A model generated the notes under the pieces. That model was not told the origin of the DNA, made no database searches, and was given only the letters and a program-made list of their open reading frames with translations. Below, piece by piece: positions 29,001-39,536 of a stretch of 58,173 nt of DNA; position 1 is the stretch's first letter; every line of letters begins with the position of its first letter. Origin of the DNA: a virus (Duplodnaviria; Caudoviricetes); IMG/VR virus record IMGVR_UViG_3300044723_007112, positions 1 to 58,173 of that record; one strand, given 5' to 3'. The position numbers were made by a program, and so were the translations under genes.

Positions 29001-30902
29001 ATGGCCTTCCAAATATCTCCAGGAGTCAATACCAGTGAGATCGACCTCACAGCAATTGTTCCTGCAGTACAAACGACAGCTGGCGCTTTCGCTGGTCAGT
29101 TTCGTTGGGGTCCTGTTGAACAACGAGTACTAATCAGCAATGAATCTGCGCTGGTTGCTCAGTTCCAAAAGCCCAACGCAACCCATTTTAAAGATTTTTT
29201 TACTGCTGCTAACTTTTTGGCATATGCAGACACTCTGCATGTTGTTCGAGTAAACAATACCGGCCTTGTAAACGCTAACGCTAATTCTGCAAATATTTTA
29301 GTGAAGAGCGAAGAAGATTACGATGCTAACTTTTCATCAGGTATTATTGGTGGTGGTGACGTAGTTGCTAAGTTTCCAGGAACACTTGGTAACACTTTAA
29401 AATATTCTATTTGCCCAAGTGCTGCTGCATTTGAATCAACACTTTCGGGCAACTACACCGTAGTCAACGGTAACACCGGTGTTGTATTCTCTGCAAACCA
29501 GGCTGCCGTGCTTAGTGCTGGTGATTTAATTCAACTTGGTCCAGATAAAGACATCTACGAAATTTCTGCAGTAGCTGTCGGTGGTCTCTCTGCTGCACTT
29601 ACAAGTGCCTATACAGGCAACACTGTAAACAACGGAACAGCGTTGAATCGCAGGTGGCAGTACTATAATTTTGTAACTGCTGCTCCAGGTACTTCTCCAT
29701 ATGCAACTATTCGCGGCGGATCCAATGATCAAATGCACATCGTAGTTGTTGACGAAGATGGTGAATGGACTAATGTAAAAGGTCAAGTAATTGAAGTATT
29801 CGATGCTGTATCAAAGGCTTCCGATGCTAAAAACGAAGATGGATCAACAAATTACTACAAAGAAGTTTTGAATCGATCATCATCTTACTTGTGGTGGGCA
29901 GGTCATCCTACTGGTGTGACTAATGCCGGAAGTGTAGCAGCAAGTTCGTTTGGTGGCGGAAGCACCCCAATTACAAGATCACTTTCTAATGGTTCAGATG
30001 GTTCTACCGCAACACCTGGTGCTTATCAGCGAGGATATGACTTGTTTAAGTCTGCAGAAGAAGTTGATATTGCCTTGATTCTTGGTGGATCTTCTACTTC
30101 AGCAACAGCAATCCATGTCATTAACAATATTGCTGAGTACCGGAAAGACTGTGTAGCATGCTTCTCACCAGAGCAAGCAGATGTTGTAAACAATACATCT
30201 TACAACTCAGCTGAAATTGATGACATTATTGAGTTTAGAAACACTCTACCATCAACTTCATATGCAGTACTCGATAGCGGATACAAGTATCAGTACGACA
30301 AGTACAATGATCAGTATCGTTGGGTACCGTTAAACGGTGATACTGCTGGTACAATGGCTCGCACCGATCAGGTTCGCGATCCATGGTACTCACCAGCTGG
30401 CCTGAACCGAGGTCGAATCAAGAATAGTGTAAGTCTTGCATTCAACCCGAACAAGTCAGAGCGAGATCAACTGTATAAGAACGGTGTAAACCCAGTAACT
30501 ACTTTCCCAGGCGAAGGCACAATCCTGTTTGGTGATAAGACGTTGCTTGGTTACCCAAGTGCATTTGATCGAATTAATGTACGTCGATTGTTTATTGTCC
30601 TTGAAAAGGCAATTGCAATTGCAGCTAGACAAAGCCTGTTCGAATTCAACGACGAGTTTACTAGAGCACAGTTTGTCAATTTGGTTGAGCCCTTCCTGAG
30701 AGATGTACAGGGTCGACGAGGTATCACTGATTTCCGAGTAGTTTGTGACGAAACAAACAACACTCCAGAAATTATTGATCGAAATGAGTTTGTCGGAGAC
30801 ATTTACGTCAAACCAGCCCGCTCGATTAACTTTATTCAGCTTAACTTTGTTGCCGTTAGAACTGGTGTCGAGTTCGAAGAAGTCGTCGGTCAGTTTGGAT
30901 AA
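29001..30902 (+). CDS. gp18: Tail sheath protein gp18
   Basis: FQISPGV...EIDLT, FRWGP, PWYSPAG, FGDKT, FDRINVRRLF, FEFNDEFTR and KPARSINFI. Confidence 0.97.
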   Translation: MAFQISPGVNTSEIDLTAIVPAVQTTAGAFAGQFRWGPVEQRVLISNESALVAQFQKPNATHFKDFFTAANFLAYADTLHVVRVNNTGLVNANANSANILVKSEEDYDANFSSGIIGGGDVVAKFPGTLGNTLKYSICPSAAAFESTLSGNYTVVNGNTGVVFSANQAAVLSAGDLIQLGPDKDIYEISAVAVGGLSAALTSAYTGNTVNNGTALNRRWQYYNFVTAAPGTSPYATIRGGSNDQMHIVVVDEDGEWTNVKGQVIEVFDAVSKASDAKNEDGSTNYYKEVLNRSSSYLWWAGHPTGVTNAGSVAASSFGGGSTPITRSLSNGSDGSTATPGAYQRGYDLFKSAEEVDIALILGGSSTSATAIHVINNIAEYRKDCVACFSPEQADVVNNTSYNSAEIDDIIEFRNTLPSTSYAVLDSGYKYQYDKYNDQYRWVPLNGDTAGTMARTDQVRDPWYSPAGLNRGRIKNSVSLAFNPNKSERDQLYKNGVNPVTTFPGEGTILFGDKTLLGYPSAFDRINVRRLFIVLEKAIAIAARQSLFEFNDEFTRAQFVNLVEPFLRDVQGRRGITDFRVVCDETNNTPEIIDRNEFVGDIYVKPARSINFIQLNFVAVRTGVEFEEVVGQFG

Positions 30903-30917
30903 TAAGGGAGAATAAAA

Positions 30918-31463
30918 ATGGCTTTTAACGTAAACACCTTTAGGGGTGAGCTTGCACAGGGAGGGGCACGTCCCTCTCTGTTCGAGATCCAATTGTTTCA
31001 ACCAGCAGGCGGTGTTCTGAATGGTGGCGATTTGATCTCTAAGTCTCCCTTTATGGTACGGGCAGGACAGATTCCACAATCAACACTTGGTACTGTAATA
31101 GTTCCTTACTTTGGTCGTCAGGTCAAACTTGCTGGTAACCGCACGTTTGATGACTGGACTGTAACAGTAATGAATGATGAGGACTTCAAGATCCGCAATG
31201 CAATGGAAAACTGGAGTCATCGGATTAACAACCACTCTGAAAATATTAATCAGTATGGTGTTAACCCATCTCAATACAAGGCTCAAGCGCAAGTCAAGCA
31301 ATACAGTAAAGAAGGTGGAGTCATTCAAACTTATAAGTTTGATGGTCTGTACCCAGTTGCAGTATCACCAATTGATCTTGCTTGGGAAGCTGAAGCGATT
31401 GAGGAATTCACAATTACGTTTGCATACGACTGGTGGGAGCACCAAGAGTCAGCTGTAAACTAA
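30918..31463 (+). CDS. gp19: Tail tube protein gp19
   Basis: GGARPSLF, KLAGNRTFDDWTVTVMNDEDF and IEEFTITFAYDWW. Confidence 0.96.
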   Translation: MAFNVNTFRGELAQGGARPSLFEIQLFQPAGGVLNGGDLISKSPFMVRAGQIPQSTLGTVIVPYFGRQVKLAGNRTFDDWTVTVMNDEDFKIRNAMENWSHRINNHSENINQYGVNPSQYKAQAQVKQYSKEGGVIQTYKFDGLYPVAVSPIDLAWEAEAIEEFTITFAYDWWEHQESAVN

Positions 31464-31476
31464 AAGGAGCAGTTAG

Positions 31477-31899
31477 ATGGCTAATCAGCTTTATACAAAA
31501 GCTAAGCAGTCTTTGCTTGGTGGTGAACTAAATCTGTCATCTAATGTAGTCACAATCGCATTGATAGACACGGACGTCTACACCTTCAGTGCATCTCATC
31601 AGTTTAGATCAAGTGTGCCTAACACTGCTGTAGTAGCTACAGCTAACCTTACAAGTAAGACAATTACTGATGGTGTGTTTGATGCTGCTGATGCTGAGTT
31701 TGCATTTGTTACTGGCGCTAACTGTGAAGCATTAATTTTGTATCACAATACTGGTGATGCGGAAAATGACGGTGCTAGACAAGCAGATTCAAATCTTGTG
31801 GCTTACATTGATACAGCTACGGGCCTTCCAATCCTTCCTAACGGTGGTAATATCACTGTCAAGTTTTCTGACGGTGCTTCTAAAATATTTGCGCTATGA
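31477..31899 (+). CDS. Conserved-looking phage structural protein (140 aa)
   Basis: AAGGAG RBS. MANQLY...GVFDAAD...LVAYID...PNGGNITV pattern of small virion proteins. Inserted between gp19 and gp20. Confidence 0.7.
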   Translation: MANQLYTKAKQSLLGGELNLSSNVVTIALIDTDVYTFSASHQFRSSVPNTAVVATANLTSKTITDGVFDAADAEFAFVTGANCEALILYHNTGDAENDGARQADSNLVAYIDTATGLPILPNGGNITVKFSDGASKIFAL

Positions 31900-31918
31900 C
31901 GTAACCACTGTGTTTGAT

Positions 31919-31953
31919 GAGGTCGATAAATAATATCGGCCTCCTTTTTATTT
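31919..31953 (+). terminator. Intrinsic terminator whose stem/loop contains a late promoter variant (GATAAATA, 31925-31932)
   Basis: GAGGTCGATA-AATAA-TATCGGCCTC (10-bp stem, one G-U pair) followed by CTTTTTATTT. Confidence 0.7.
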
Positions 31954-31968
31954 CCTGAGGATAACATA

Positions 31969-33627
31969 GTGCAACTTTTCGGATTTAACATAACAAGGGC
32001 AGATCAAGAAACCAAAGAAGATCTGAAAACCTTTGTCCCCCCACAGCCAGATGACGGTGCTATTGAAATAGCACCAGGTGGCTCCTATGGTACTTTTGTA
32101 GACCTAGATGGAACTGCTAAGTCAGAGGCAGAGTTAGTTTCTCGCTATCGTGAAATGTCAATGCAGCCAGAGTGTGATTCTGCTGTAGAGGACGTTGTGA
32201 ACGAAGCAATTGTAATGACGGAAGAAAATCCAATTGAAATTGTATTGGATGACCTTAAGCAACCAAACTCTATTAAGAACAAGATTAGAGAAGAGTTTGA
32301 AGCTATTCTTGAAATGCTTGACTTTTCAAATAAAGGATACGATATCTTTAGACGTTGGTATGTTGATGGAAGACTATATCACCACATCATCATTAACGAT
32401 AAAGATCCAAGAGACGGTATTAAAGAGCTTAGGTACATTGATCCACGTAAGATACGTAAAGTACGAGAAAAAGTAAAGTCTAAGGATCCTCGTACTGGTG
32501 CTACAATCTACAACAAAGAACAAAAAGAATATTATCTGTTTAATCCTAAAGGCATATCATCTACCTCACAGCAAGGTGTGAAGATTGCTGTAGATAGTAT
32601 TAGTCACATCCACAGTGGTTTGATGGATTCAAGGAACAAAATGATCCTTGGCCATCTGCACAAAGCTGTCAAGCCTCTCAACCAACTTAGAATGCTCGAA
32701 GATGCAACTGTAATCTACAGACTTGCAAGAGCACCAGAGCGTCGAATCTTCTATATCGACGTTGGTAACCTGCCAAAGATGAAGGCAGAACAGTATCTTC
32801 GAGACATGATGGTCAAACATAAGAATAAGCTGGTGTATGACGCTGCTACAGGCGAAGTACGCGACGATCGTAAGTTTATGACAATGTTAGAGGACTTTTG
32901 GTTACCGCGTAGAGAAGGCGGTAGAGGCACTGAGATAACGACTTTACCAGGTGGACAGAACCTTGGCGAAATGGAAGATGTAGATTACTTCCGTCGAAAG
33001 TTGTACAAGTCTCTTAACGTACCAATTACTCGTATGGAAGCAGACAACCAGTTTAATCTTGGTCGAGCTTCAGAGATTACTAGAGACGAGATAAAGTTTA
33101 ACAAGTTTGTACAGCGTCTTCGAAGCAGATTTACTCATCTGTTCGATGGTCTTTTGGAAATTCAACTTGTATTGAAAGGTGTACTTTCCCGAGCTGATTG
33201 GGAAGAAATGCGTAACACCATTCACTACGACTTCAAAGAGGACAATTATTTTTCTGAGTTAAAAGAAACTGAGATTATGACAGAGCGTCTCCGCCTTGCA
33301 GGTGAGATTGATCCCTTGGTAGGCAAATATTATTCTATGAAGTGGGTACGTGAAAACATTCTTCGTATGACCGAAGAGGATATTAAGAATGTAGATAAAG
33401 AGATTGATGCTGAACGCCAGGAAATGGATGACGAAGGTGCACTAGGTGGAGTAGTAGATTACAAAGCCGGACAACAAGATCAACCCAAACAGCAAGATCA
33501 ACAAGATCAGCAGGAACAATTTGTACCACAACCTACTATCAGCGAAGAAGAAAAAAGACTAGTTGAAAGTATGACTCGATTCATGGATTCGATGGCTTCT
33601 GAGAACATCGAGGACGATGATGAATGA
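31969..33627 (+). CDS. gp20: Portal vertex protein gp20
   Basis: FRRWYVDGRLY, ELRYIDPRKI, LEDATVIYRLARAPERRIFYIDVGNLPK and EDFWLPRREGGRGTEITTLPGGQNLG. Confidence 0.97.
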   Translation: MQLFGFNITRADQETKEDLKTFVPPQPDDGAIEIAPGGSYGTFVDLDGTAKSEAELVSRYREMSMQPECDSAVEDVVNEAIVMTEENPIEIVLDDLKQPNSIKNKIREEFEAILEMLDFSNKGYDIFRRWYVDGRLYHHIIINDKDPRDGIKELRYIDPRKIRKVREKVKSKDPRTGATIYNKEQKEYYLFNPKGISSTSQQGVKIAVDSISHIHSGLMDSRNKMILGHLHKAVKPLNQLRMLEDATVIYRLARAPERRIFYIDVGNLPKMKAEQYLRDMMVKHKNKLVYDAATGEVRDDRKFMTMLEDFWLPRREGGRGTEITTLPGGQNLGEMEDVDYFRRKLYKSLNVPITRMEADNQFNLGRASEITRDEIKFNKFVQRLRSRFTHLFDGLLEIQLVLKGVLSRADWEEMRNTIHYDFKEDNYFSELKETEIMTERLRLAGEIDPLVGKYYSMKWVRENILRMTEEDIKNVDKEIDAERQEMDDEGALGGVVDYKAGQQDQPKQQDQQDQQEQFVPQPTISEEEKRLVESMTRFMDSMASENIEDDDE

Positions 33628-36600
33628 AGTCGAACGCGCTAAACTTCTAGCTTTACTCCTTAAATATACTAAGACCGAGATCGACGGTCTTAGGAAGGAG
33701 CTTAAAGAGCTAGCAAGACTCCCATTACTTGTAGAAGGACCGCCCGGTGAGCAAGGTACCGAGGGCCCCGTTGGTCCCGAAGGACCCGTAGGACCCAAAG
33801 GCGAAGACGGAAAAGATGGAATATCTATTTCCGGTGTACTCATTGAAAACAACGACCTTATCGTTGCTTTTTCCAACAAACAACAGATTAATCTAGGCAG
33901 CGTAATCGGACCAGAAGGACCTGAAGGTCCTCAAGGTGAGCAAGGCGCACCTGGTCTTATTGGTGAAGAAGGACCTCAAGGTCCACAGGGTATACAAGGT
34001 GAAATTGGACCTCAAGGTGAAGCAGGTCCAAAAGGTGAGAAAGGCGAAAAAGGGGCTAAGGGTGAGATAGGACCTATTGGTCCCAGAGGCCTTAAAGGTA
34101 CTAAAGGAGACAAAGGAGACACCGGCGAACGCGGTGAAAGGGGTGAGAAGGGAGAAAAAGGCGATCCAGGTTTAGATGGCCAACAAGGAGAGCGCGGAGA
34201 ACAAGGTCCTCAAGGTCTAAAGGGTGATCAAGGTGAGCGCGGTGAGCAAGGCCCTCAAGGTGAGCCTGGTAAGGACGGTGAATCACCCGACGTAGGTCCT
34301 ATTGAAAGCAAACTGCTTAGGCAGTTTGAAGATTTTAGAGCTGCGATTTCAGCACAAGTTTCTAGATTAAACCTTGCTGGTGGCGGTTCGGCCGGTTCAG
34401 GTGAAGTAAGATTAGAGTTCTTAGACGATGTAGATCGAGATAGCGCTAAGCAAGATGGATATTTTCTAAAATACGATGCTGCGTCTGGTAAGTGGGTGGG
34501 GTCTGCTGGGTCAGGTGGTGGTGGAGGAATCACCCAAAGTGAACTGGACAGATATCTTCAAGTTGCTAATACTACATCTTTTGCAAATACAAGTCAATTA
34601 GATCAATACTTGCAGGTTGCTAATTTAACCAATCTGTCATCCGATTTAATTCCAAGTGCAAACGTCACCTACGATTTAGGATCACCTCAAAGGTCATGGC
34701 GTGATTTATACCTAAGTGGTAACACAATCTATGTTGGGGGCGTAAAGTTATCTGTAACAAATGCAGGTGATTTATTTGTCACCAATGCAAATAACGAGCC
34801 TGTAAAACTTATAGCTAAAGAGATAGAAATAGGTTCAACTGGCAACACGACTACTATAAGTTCAACTACTAGTGGTGGCGATACAACTGTAGTTACAAGA
34901 AACGAGCTCGACAAATATCTTTTAGTAGCTAACAATAAAACCATTAGAGCTGGTAGCGGAGTAACGGTTTCTCAAAACTCCAGCACTATTACTATCTCGT
35001 CATCTGGAGTTGGCGGTCAAAGCCAGGTCGGCCAGAGCGGTAACACTTCTGTAGCCAATACTATAACTGTTGGCAGTCCATCTGACGGATCTTGGACTAC
35101 ACACGGTGCTTATCAGGGGTTCTCTAACACACAAACTGTTACAGATGTCATCGATGATCTGAATGAAGTTATTGAAAATGTTAGAAACGACACGTTTGTA
35201 AAAAATGTCTCTTTTACTGGTACTCCGCTGGCAGGAGGTGCAGGGTTTACAGTTACTCTCACCTTGACTACACAAGGTAATCCAAACAAATACGATATTT
35301 ACTGGGGCGATGGTACGTCTACTATAGCGACCACTGATACAACTCCATCACACACTTACAGCACTAACGTAGGCAGTCCGTTTACTGTAACAGTAAGAGC
35401 ATATAACGATGGTGGTGGAGGTTCTGGTAGTGAAGCGAGCTCTACTATAGCAAACTACGTAGTTGTCTATACTGCTGATCCAACTGCTTCGTTTCAAATC
35501 TATGGTGCTAGTACAGGTGGATCACCCATAACCTTTGTTGATGATGGTTCACCCGTATATCTCGAGAACAACTCTACAGAAATAGGTGCTGCTACCATAC
35601 AATATAGGATTACGTGGGGTGATAGTAGTAGTGATGTTATAATAACAAATGATTCTGCATCTGGGGGCTCAGCTGGTAGTAGGTTGCAGCATACTTTTGA
35701 CACGGCTACTGAGACAGAGCAAACTTTTACAGTAAGCATGAATCTGGATTCTCACTCTACTGCTAATCCATCTGTGATTCCAGTTTCAGCTAGTCCTGTT
35801 ACAATAAAGGTGTACGACACCCATACACCAGAAACATCACTTAGTACTACAAGCGGAATAAACGAAGAAGCTAGCAGTGGGTTGGTTGTAACTGCAACTA
35901 ACAATACGGAAAACACTATAGGTAGCTATTCAGCATATGGAATCCAGTATTTGTGGACATGGGGTGACGGTCAAACAACAACAGTAAACGCAGGGTCTGG
36001 TGCTAGTGGTGATACTGGTAGAACAATTAATCACACGTACACATTAAGTGCATCTGATCAAGCAAATGGTAATTCAGCTGACTATACAGGTAACCTAAGA
36101 GTAATTAGTAACCATACTCAGAGCCCGTTTATCAGCTCAAATTTTACAGTGCATGTAGAGCCAGATGTAAGAGCGTCAATTAACGGCACATCAACAACGT
36201 CTAGTCAAAAGGCCTCAAATGATTCCACTCTTACATTGTATAAGCAAGCTGACTTGTCTGGTGCAAATAGAGCAATAGTTACTGTAACTAACACAACTCA
36301 AAATGCAGACAGTTACTCATACGTTTGGGGTGATGGTAATGATGATTCTGTTGTTGAAAATGGTAGTGCTGCAGGAAGTATTGGAGCTGCAATTACACAC
36401 GATTATCAATCAGCGTCAGTAGGTAATTATACTCTAACGATGACTGCAAACGGTACTCCTGATATTACAGCCCAACAAGATACTGATACAATTACGTTTA
36501 CCCTAAAAAACATTCCAGCCGCTCCAGCCGGACTCAGTAGCAAATCTCTTACTCTATCGACTTCAGCACAAGACACAAGTAAACTTGCTTATGGATTTAC

Positions 36601-38110
36601 AGATTACACTAGTGGTGCAGTAAGCGCAGGTGATAGTTTAAATACATCTACTGCTAGGAGATATGATACTACTACTAGCATCTCAACAGATGTTGTTAGT
36701 GACGTTTATGATGCAACTACTGGCGCGCTTACAGCATTGTGGGATAATAGCGAAGATGGCTCTAAATCGTTTTCACTTTCCACAGGTGAAACTGGTACGT
36801 TTACTAGTCTTGTGGTTACAAGCGAGGGCGATGCTTACAGTGAGCTGTCAACAACATACCCACAGAACTATTATCAAGTATTCACTGCTCGTATTACCAA
36901 AGATATCTCTAGTCAGCAAACTGGAGCACATCGAGCCAAACTATCACATTCAACTACTGGTGATACTAACGAGGTTTATATAATAAAAGACAATCTGTCG
37001 TCAGTTCCTACATTAGATATCAGTAGCGCTACATTAGAAGAGGATACTGCAGGATCTTATCGATATGTTTCCGGGATCCCATATTATAACAGCGGATCTC
37101 CAAAAGTAAGATTAGTAGGCTCAACAGTATCAAATTTGATAGGTCAAGCATACCTTGACAGCAGTTCAATTGCGAGTATTACAAGCGGCACTAACGATGA
37201 AGGCACTTCAAGTTCAGCTGTTGTGTCAAACAGTAGGAGCTACAGTAACATAGATGGTTCAACTACAATGTTGTCTAGCGGAATTCCAATTGCAGGAACA
37301 GGTGTATCAAGTAATTATGCACTTGGCAGTATAGTAGCTGACATAACTTCATCTTCTATAAATACAGTAGAAACAATTGGTTTTAATATCCGTAATGTAA
37401 ACGGAACAAGCTCAACAGTTAGCCCCACTACAAAAGTTCAAGTACACAAGGCAGCACCTACATTTAATGAAGGTGACATAAGTGTATCAAATAGCCTTGG
37501 TTCAACGTATAGTACTAACGCTACTAGAGTGTCGGGTCTTTCTGGGCTTATCTCGTTTAGTGGATCAACCGATTTCTATGTAAATAACGCATGGTCAGGA
37601 GCTGTAACGGTAGCTGGTACGAGTGAAGCTATAGTAAGGTTTAACACTCTTAAACATTTTACTACTGATCTTTCTACTGGTTATCTTCCTGTAGGTCCAG
37701 ATTTAAATACCGGTAGATCTGGTGCTCAATACTTTACGTTTGCTCTCAAAAGAACACTAGTCGCAAACTTCAAAGTAAGGCTAACTGGAACTATATCCGG
37801 ATTGTTTATCGCAGCTCCAGGTACAGCTATTGACACTGCATCTGGTATCAATGGTTGGTTAGATGCATCCGTACAGTACGCTGGTGCTGGTGTACCGGGT
37901 TCGGATACTGCTAATGGTGGTAATGGATCTGATGGTTGTGCTAGTACTGCAGCCGATAGAATAATAGACGGTACCACCTACAATAATCAGGCATTTACTT
38001 TGACATTGGGTTCTGAAAACTTGTCAAACGCATTTAACAATCAGTTGTTAGTTTCAGTCAAATTAGAAAGCGGTGATTCGCTTACTGCTATTTCTATTGA
38101 GGCTCCATAA
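33617..38110 (+). CDS. Large fibre protein with a collagen triple-helix region and four PKD-like domains (1497 aa)
   Basis: 42 uninterrupted Gly-X-Y triplets (33908-34285), GEVRLEFLDDVDR, YLQVAN repeats, YDLGS...WRDLYLSGNTI and four WGD(G/S) PKD signatures. Confidence 0.8.
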   Translation: MMNEVERAKLLALLLKYTKTEIDGLRKELKELARLPLLVEGPPGEQGTEGPVGPEGPVGPKGEDGKDGISISGVLIENNDLIVAFSNKQQINLGSVIGPEGPEGPQGEQGAPGLIGEEGPQGPQGIQGEIGPQGEAGPKGEKGEKGAKGEIGPIGPRGLKGTKGDKGDTGERGERGEKGEKGDPGLDGQQGERGEQGPQGLKGDQGERGEQGPQGEPGKDGESPDVGPIESKLLRQFEDFRAAISAQVSRLNLAGGGSAGSGEVRLEFLDDVDRDSAKQDGYFLKYDAASGKWVGSAGSGGGGGITQSELDRYLQVANTTSFANTSQLDQYLQVANLTNLSSDLIPSANVTYDLGSPQRSWRDLYLSGNTIYVGGVKLSVTNAGDLFVTNANNEPVKLIAKEIEIGSTGNTTTISSTTSGGDTTVVTRNELDKYLLVANNKTIRAGSGVTVSQNSSTITISSSGVGGQSQVGQSGNTSVANTITVGSPSDGSWTTHGAYQGFSNTQTVTDVIDDLNEVIENVRNDTFVKNVSFTGTPLAGGAGFTVTLTLTTQGNPNKYDIYWGDGTSTIATTDTTPSHTYSTNVGSPFTVTVRAYNDGGGGSGSEASSTIANYVVVYTADPTASFQIYGASTGGSPITFVDDGSPVYLENNSTEIGAATIQYRITWGDSSSDVIITNDSASGGSAGSRLQHTFDTATETEQTFTVSMNLDSHSTANPSVIPVSASPVTIKVYDTHTPETSLSTTSGINEEASSGLVVTATNNTENTIGSYSAYGIQYLWTWGDGQTTTVNAGSGASGDTGRTINHTYTLSASDQANGNSADYTGNLRVISNHTQSPFISSNFTVHVEPDVRASINGTSTTSSQKASNDSTLTLYKQADLSGANRAIVTVTNTTQNADSYSYVWGDGNDDSVVENGSAAGSIGAAITHDYQSASVGNYTLTMTANGTPDITAQQDTDTITFTLKNIPAAPAGLSSKSLTLSTSAQDTSKLAYGFTDYTSGAVSAGDSLNTSTARRYDTTTSISTDVVSDVYDATTGALTALWDNSEDGSKSFSLSTGETGTFTSLVVTSEGDAYSELSTTYPQNYYQVFTARITKDISSQQTGAHRAKLSHSTTGDTNEVYIIKDNLSSVPTLDISSATLEEDTAGSYRYVSGIPYYNSGSPKVRLVGSTVSNLIGQAYLDSSSIASITSGTNDEGTSSSAVVSNSRSYSNIDGSTTMLSSGIPIAGTGVSSNYALGSIVADITSSSINTVETIGFNIRNVNGTSSTVSPTTKVQVHKAAPTFNEGDISVSNSLGSTYSTNATRVSGLSGLISFSGSTDFYVNNAWSGAVTVAGTSEAIVRFNTLKHFTTDLSTGYLPVGPDLNTGRSGAQYFTFALKRTLVANFKVRLTGTISGLFIAAPGTAIDTASGINGWLDASVQYAGAGVPGSDTANGGNGSDGCASTAADRIIDGTTYNNQAFTLTLGSENLSNAFNNQLLVSVKLESGDSLTAISIEAP

Positions 38111-38871
38111 TGGCCATTTCTGATACTCAAAAATTAGACTTTTTGTGGAAAAAGCTAGGTTATGGTGTATCAAAAACAGATACTAATGCTAATAAGCAGG
38201 CTACTAACGAAAGTATAGCTAGTCCTCTTTTAAACAGAGGAGATACTATATGGGCTGAAGCTAATACTATTCCAGCTGTACAGCCAACTAGTAATACATC
38301 GACTGTAACTGTATACACAGGTGCAGGAACTACAGCAGATATTACTGCTACTGCAGACAGGACTTGGAAAACCAACTTAACAGATTGGATTCCACCTGAA
38401 TTTGGATCAACATATCAATTAAAGGTATACATTGATAGTACCAATTCAGGTAACCCAACATCTAACGGTACTCAAATATTTGCAGCAGGTAGTGGCAACG
38501 AAGATCAGTGGTTTTTTGATTATCAAAGCGGCGTTCTACACTTCATAGGTACTAACCTACCTTCAGATATATCAGGTAAAACAATTTACGTATCGGGAGC
38601 TAGGTATACCGGTACACGAGGAATGACTGTAAGTTCTGGTGGTGTAGCAAGTGCAAATAACTTAGGTACCGGAGCTAACGTATTTTCAAGTACAATAAAT
38701 AGTACATTACAGTTTAGAAGTTTAACTAGCGGTACTGGAATTAGTCTAACTACAGATAGCAACTCTATTCAAATTTCATCTACAGTAAATCCTGGTGCAG
38801 CTGGTGAATTTGATTATGGATTTATTACTTCTACTGTAGGTGTTCAACACGATTACGGATCTTTAACTTAA
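38110..38871 (+). CDS. Virion structural protein (253 aa)
   Basis: TAATG coupling. MAISDTQKLDFLWKK, WFFDYQSGVL and C-terminal DYG..T repeats. Confidence 0.7.
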   Translation: MAISDTQKLDFLWKKLGYGVSKTDTNANKQATNESIASPLLNRGDTIWAEANTIPAVQPTSNTSTVTVYTGAGTTADITATADRTWKTNLTDWIPPEFGSTYQLKVYIDSTNSGNPTSNGTQIFAAGSGNEDQWFFDYQSGVLHFIGTNLPSDISGKTIYVSGARYTGTRGMTVSSGGVASANNLGTGANVFSSTINSTLQFRSLTSGTGISLTTDSNSIQISSTVNPGAAGEFDYGFITSTVGVQHDYGSLT

Positions 38872-39536
38872 TGTCGATCGAAGTAAAATTTCGTAGAGGT
38901 ACATCCGCCGAGCACGGTAGCTTTACTGGTGCTAATGGTGAGATTACCATCGACACTACACTTAAAACTGTTCGGGTACACGATGGTGTAACAACAGGTG
39001 GTACACGAATTGCTAAGTATAGCGAAGTATTAAGCTCTACAAACTTAGAATTTGTTACTACCAATATAGTTCCTTCATCTAACGTTGCATTAGACTTGGG
39101 TACTGCTGATAGAGCTTGGAGGGACCTCTATCTAAGTGGTAATACTATTACTCTAGGTGATAGTACCATATCAACAGATGCAGGTGCAATCGACTTCCAG
39201 GATACTTCTGGACAACAAGTTCAGATATCAGCAGCAACTGTAAAATTAGGTAGCGGCAACACTGCAATTATTTTAGGTTCGTCTTCTGGATCGCTTTCAA
39301 TTAATGGCGGAGACGTCACCCTTGCTAACGTAAGTATTACAAACTTAGTGTTAACCAATGTTTTAGGAACGCAATATGGTGGTACTGGTCTTTCTTCATT
39401 TACACAAAATGGGGTTTTATTTGCTTCAAATAGCAGCGTTCTAGGATTTGTAACTGGAACGGCTGGCAAGGTGATGCAAGTTGGTTCTAATGGTACGCCC
39501 GAGTTTAATGATTTGGATGGTGGTAACTTTACATGA
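38871..39536 (+). CDS. Fibre protein with an Mtd-N-like N-terminal domain (221 aa)
   Basis: VKFRRGTSAEHGSFTGANGEITIDT...VHDGVTTGG, WRDLYLSGNTI, YGGTG and C-terminal LDGGNF. Confidence 0.7.
   Translation: MSIEVKFRRGTSAEHGSFTGANGEITIDTTLKTVRVHDGVTTGGTRIAKYSEVLSSTNLEFVTTNIVPSSNVALDLGTADRAWRDLYLSGNTITLGDSTISTDAGAIDFQDTSGQQVQISAATVKLGSGNTAIILGSSSGSLSINGGDVTLANVSITNLVLTNVLGTQYGGTGLSSFTQNGVLFASNSSVLGFVTGTAGKVMQVGSNGTPEFNDLDGGNFT

Noticed and set aside
30456-31079. 207-aa minus-strand ORF over gp18/gp19
   Set aside because: It is antisense to highly conserved genes and has no recognisable motif.
27327-33627. Introns, inteins or homing endonucleases in gp17, gp18 or gp20
   Set aside because: All are uninterrupted and of ordinary length, with no splicing or endonuclease motifs.
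38871-39536. Diversity-generating retroelement suggested by the Mtd-like N-terminus
   Set aside because: Only the N-terminal structural motif is present. No reverse transcriptase or adenine-specific TR/VR pair was seen in the window.
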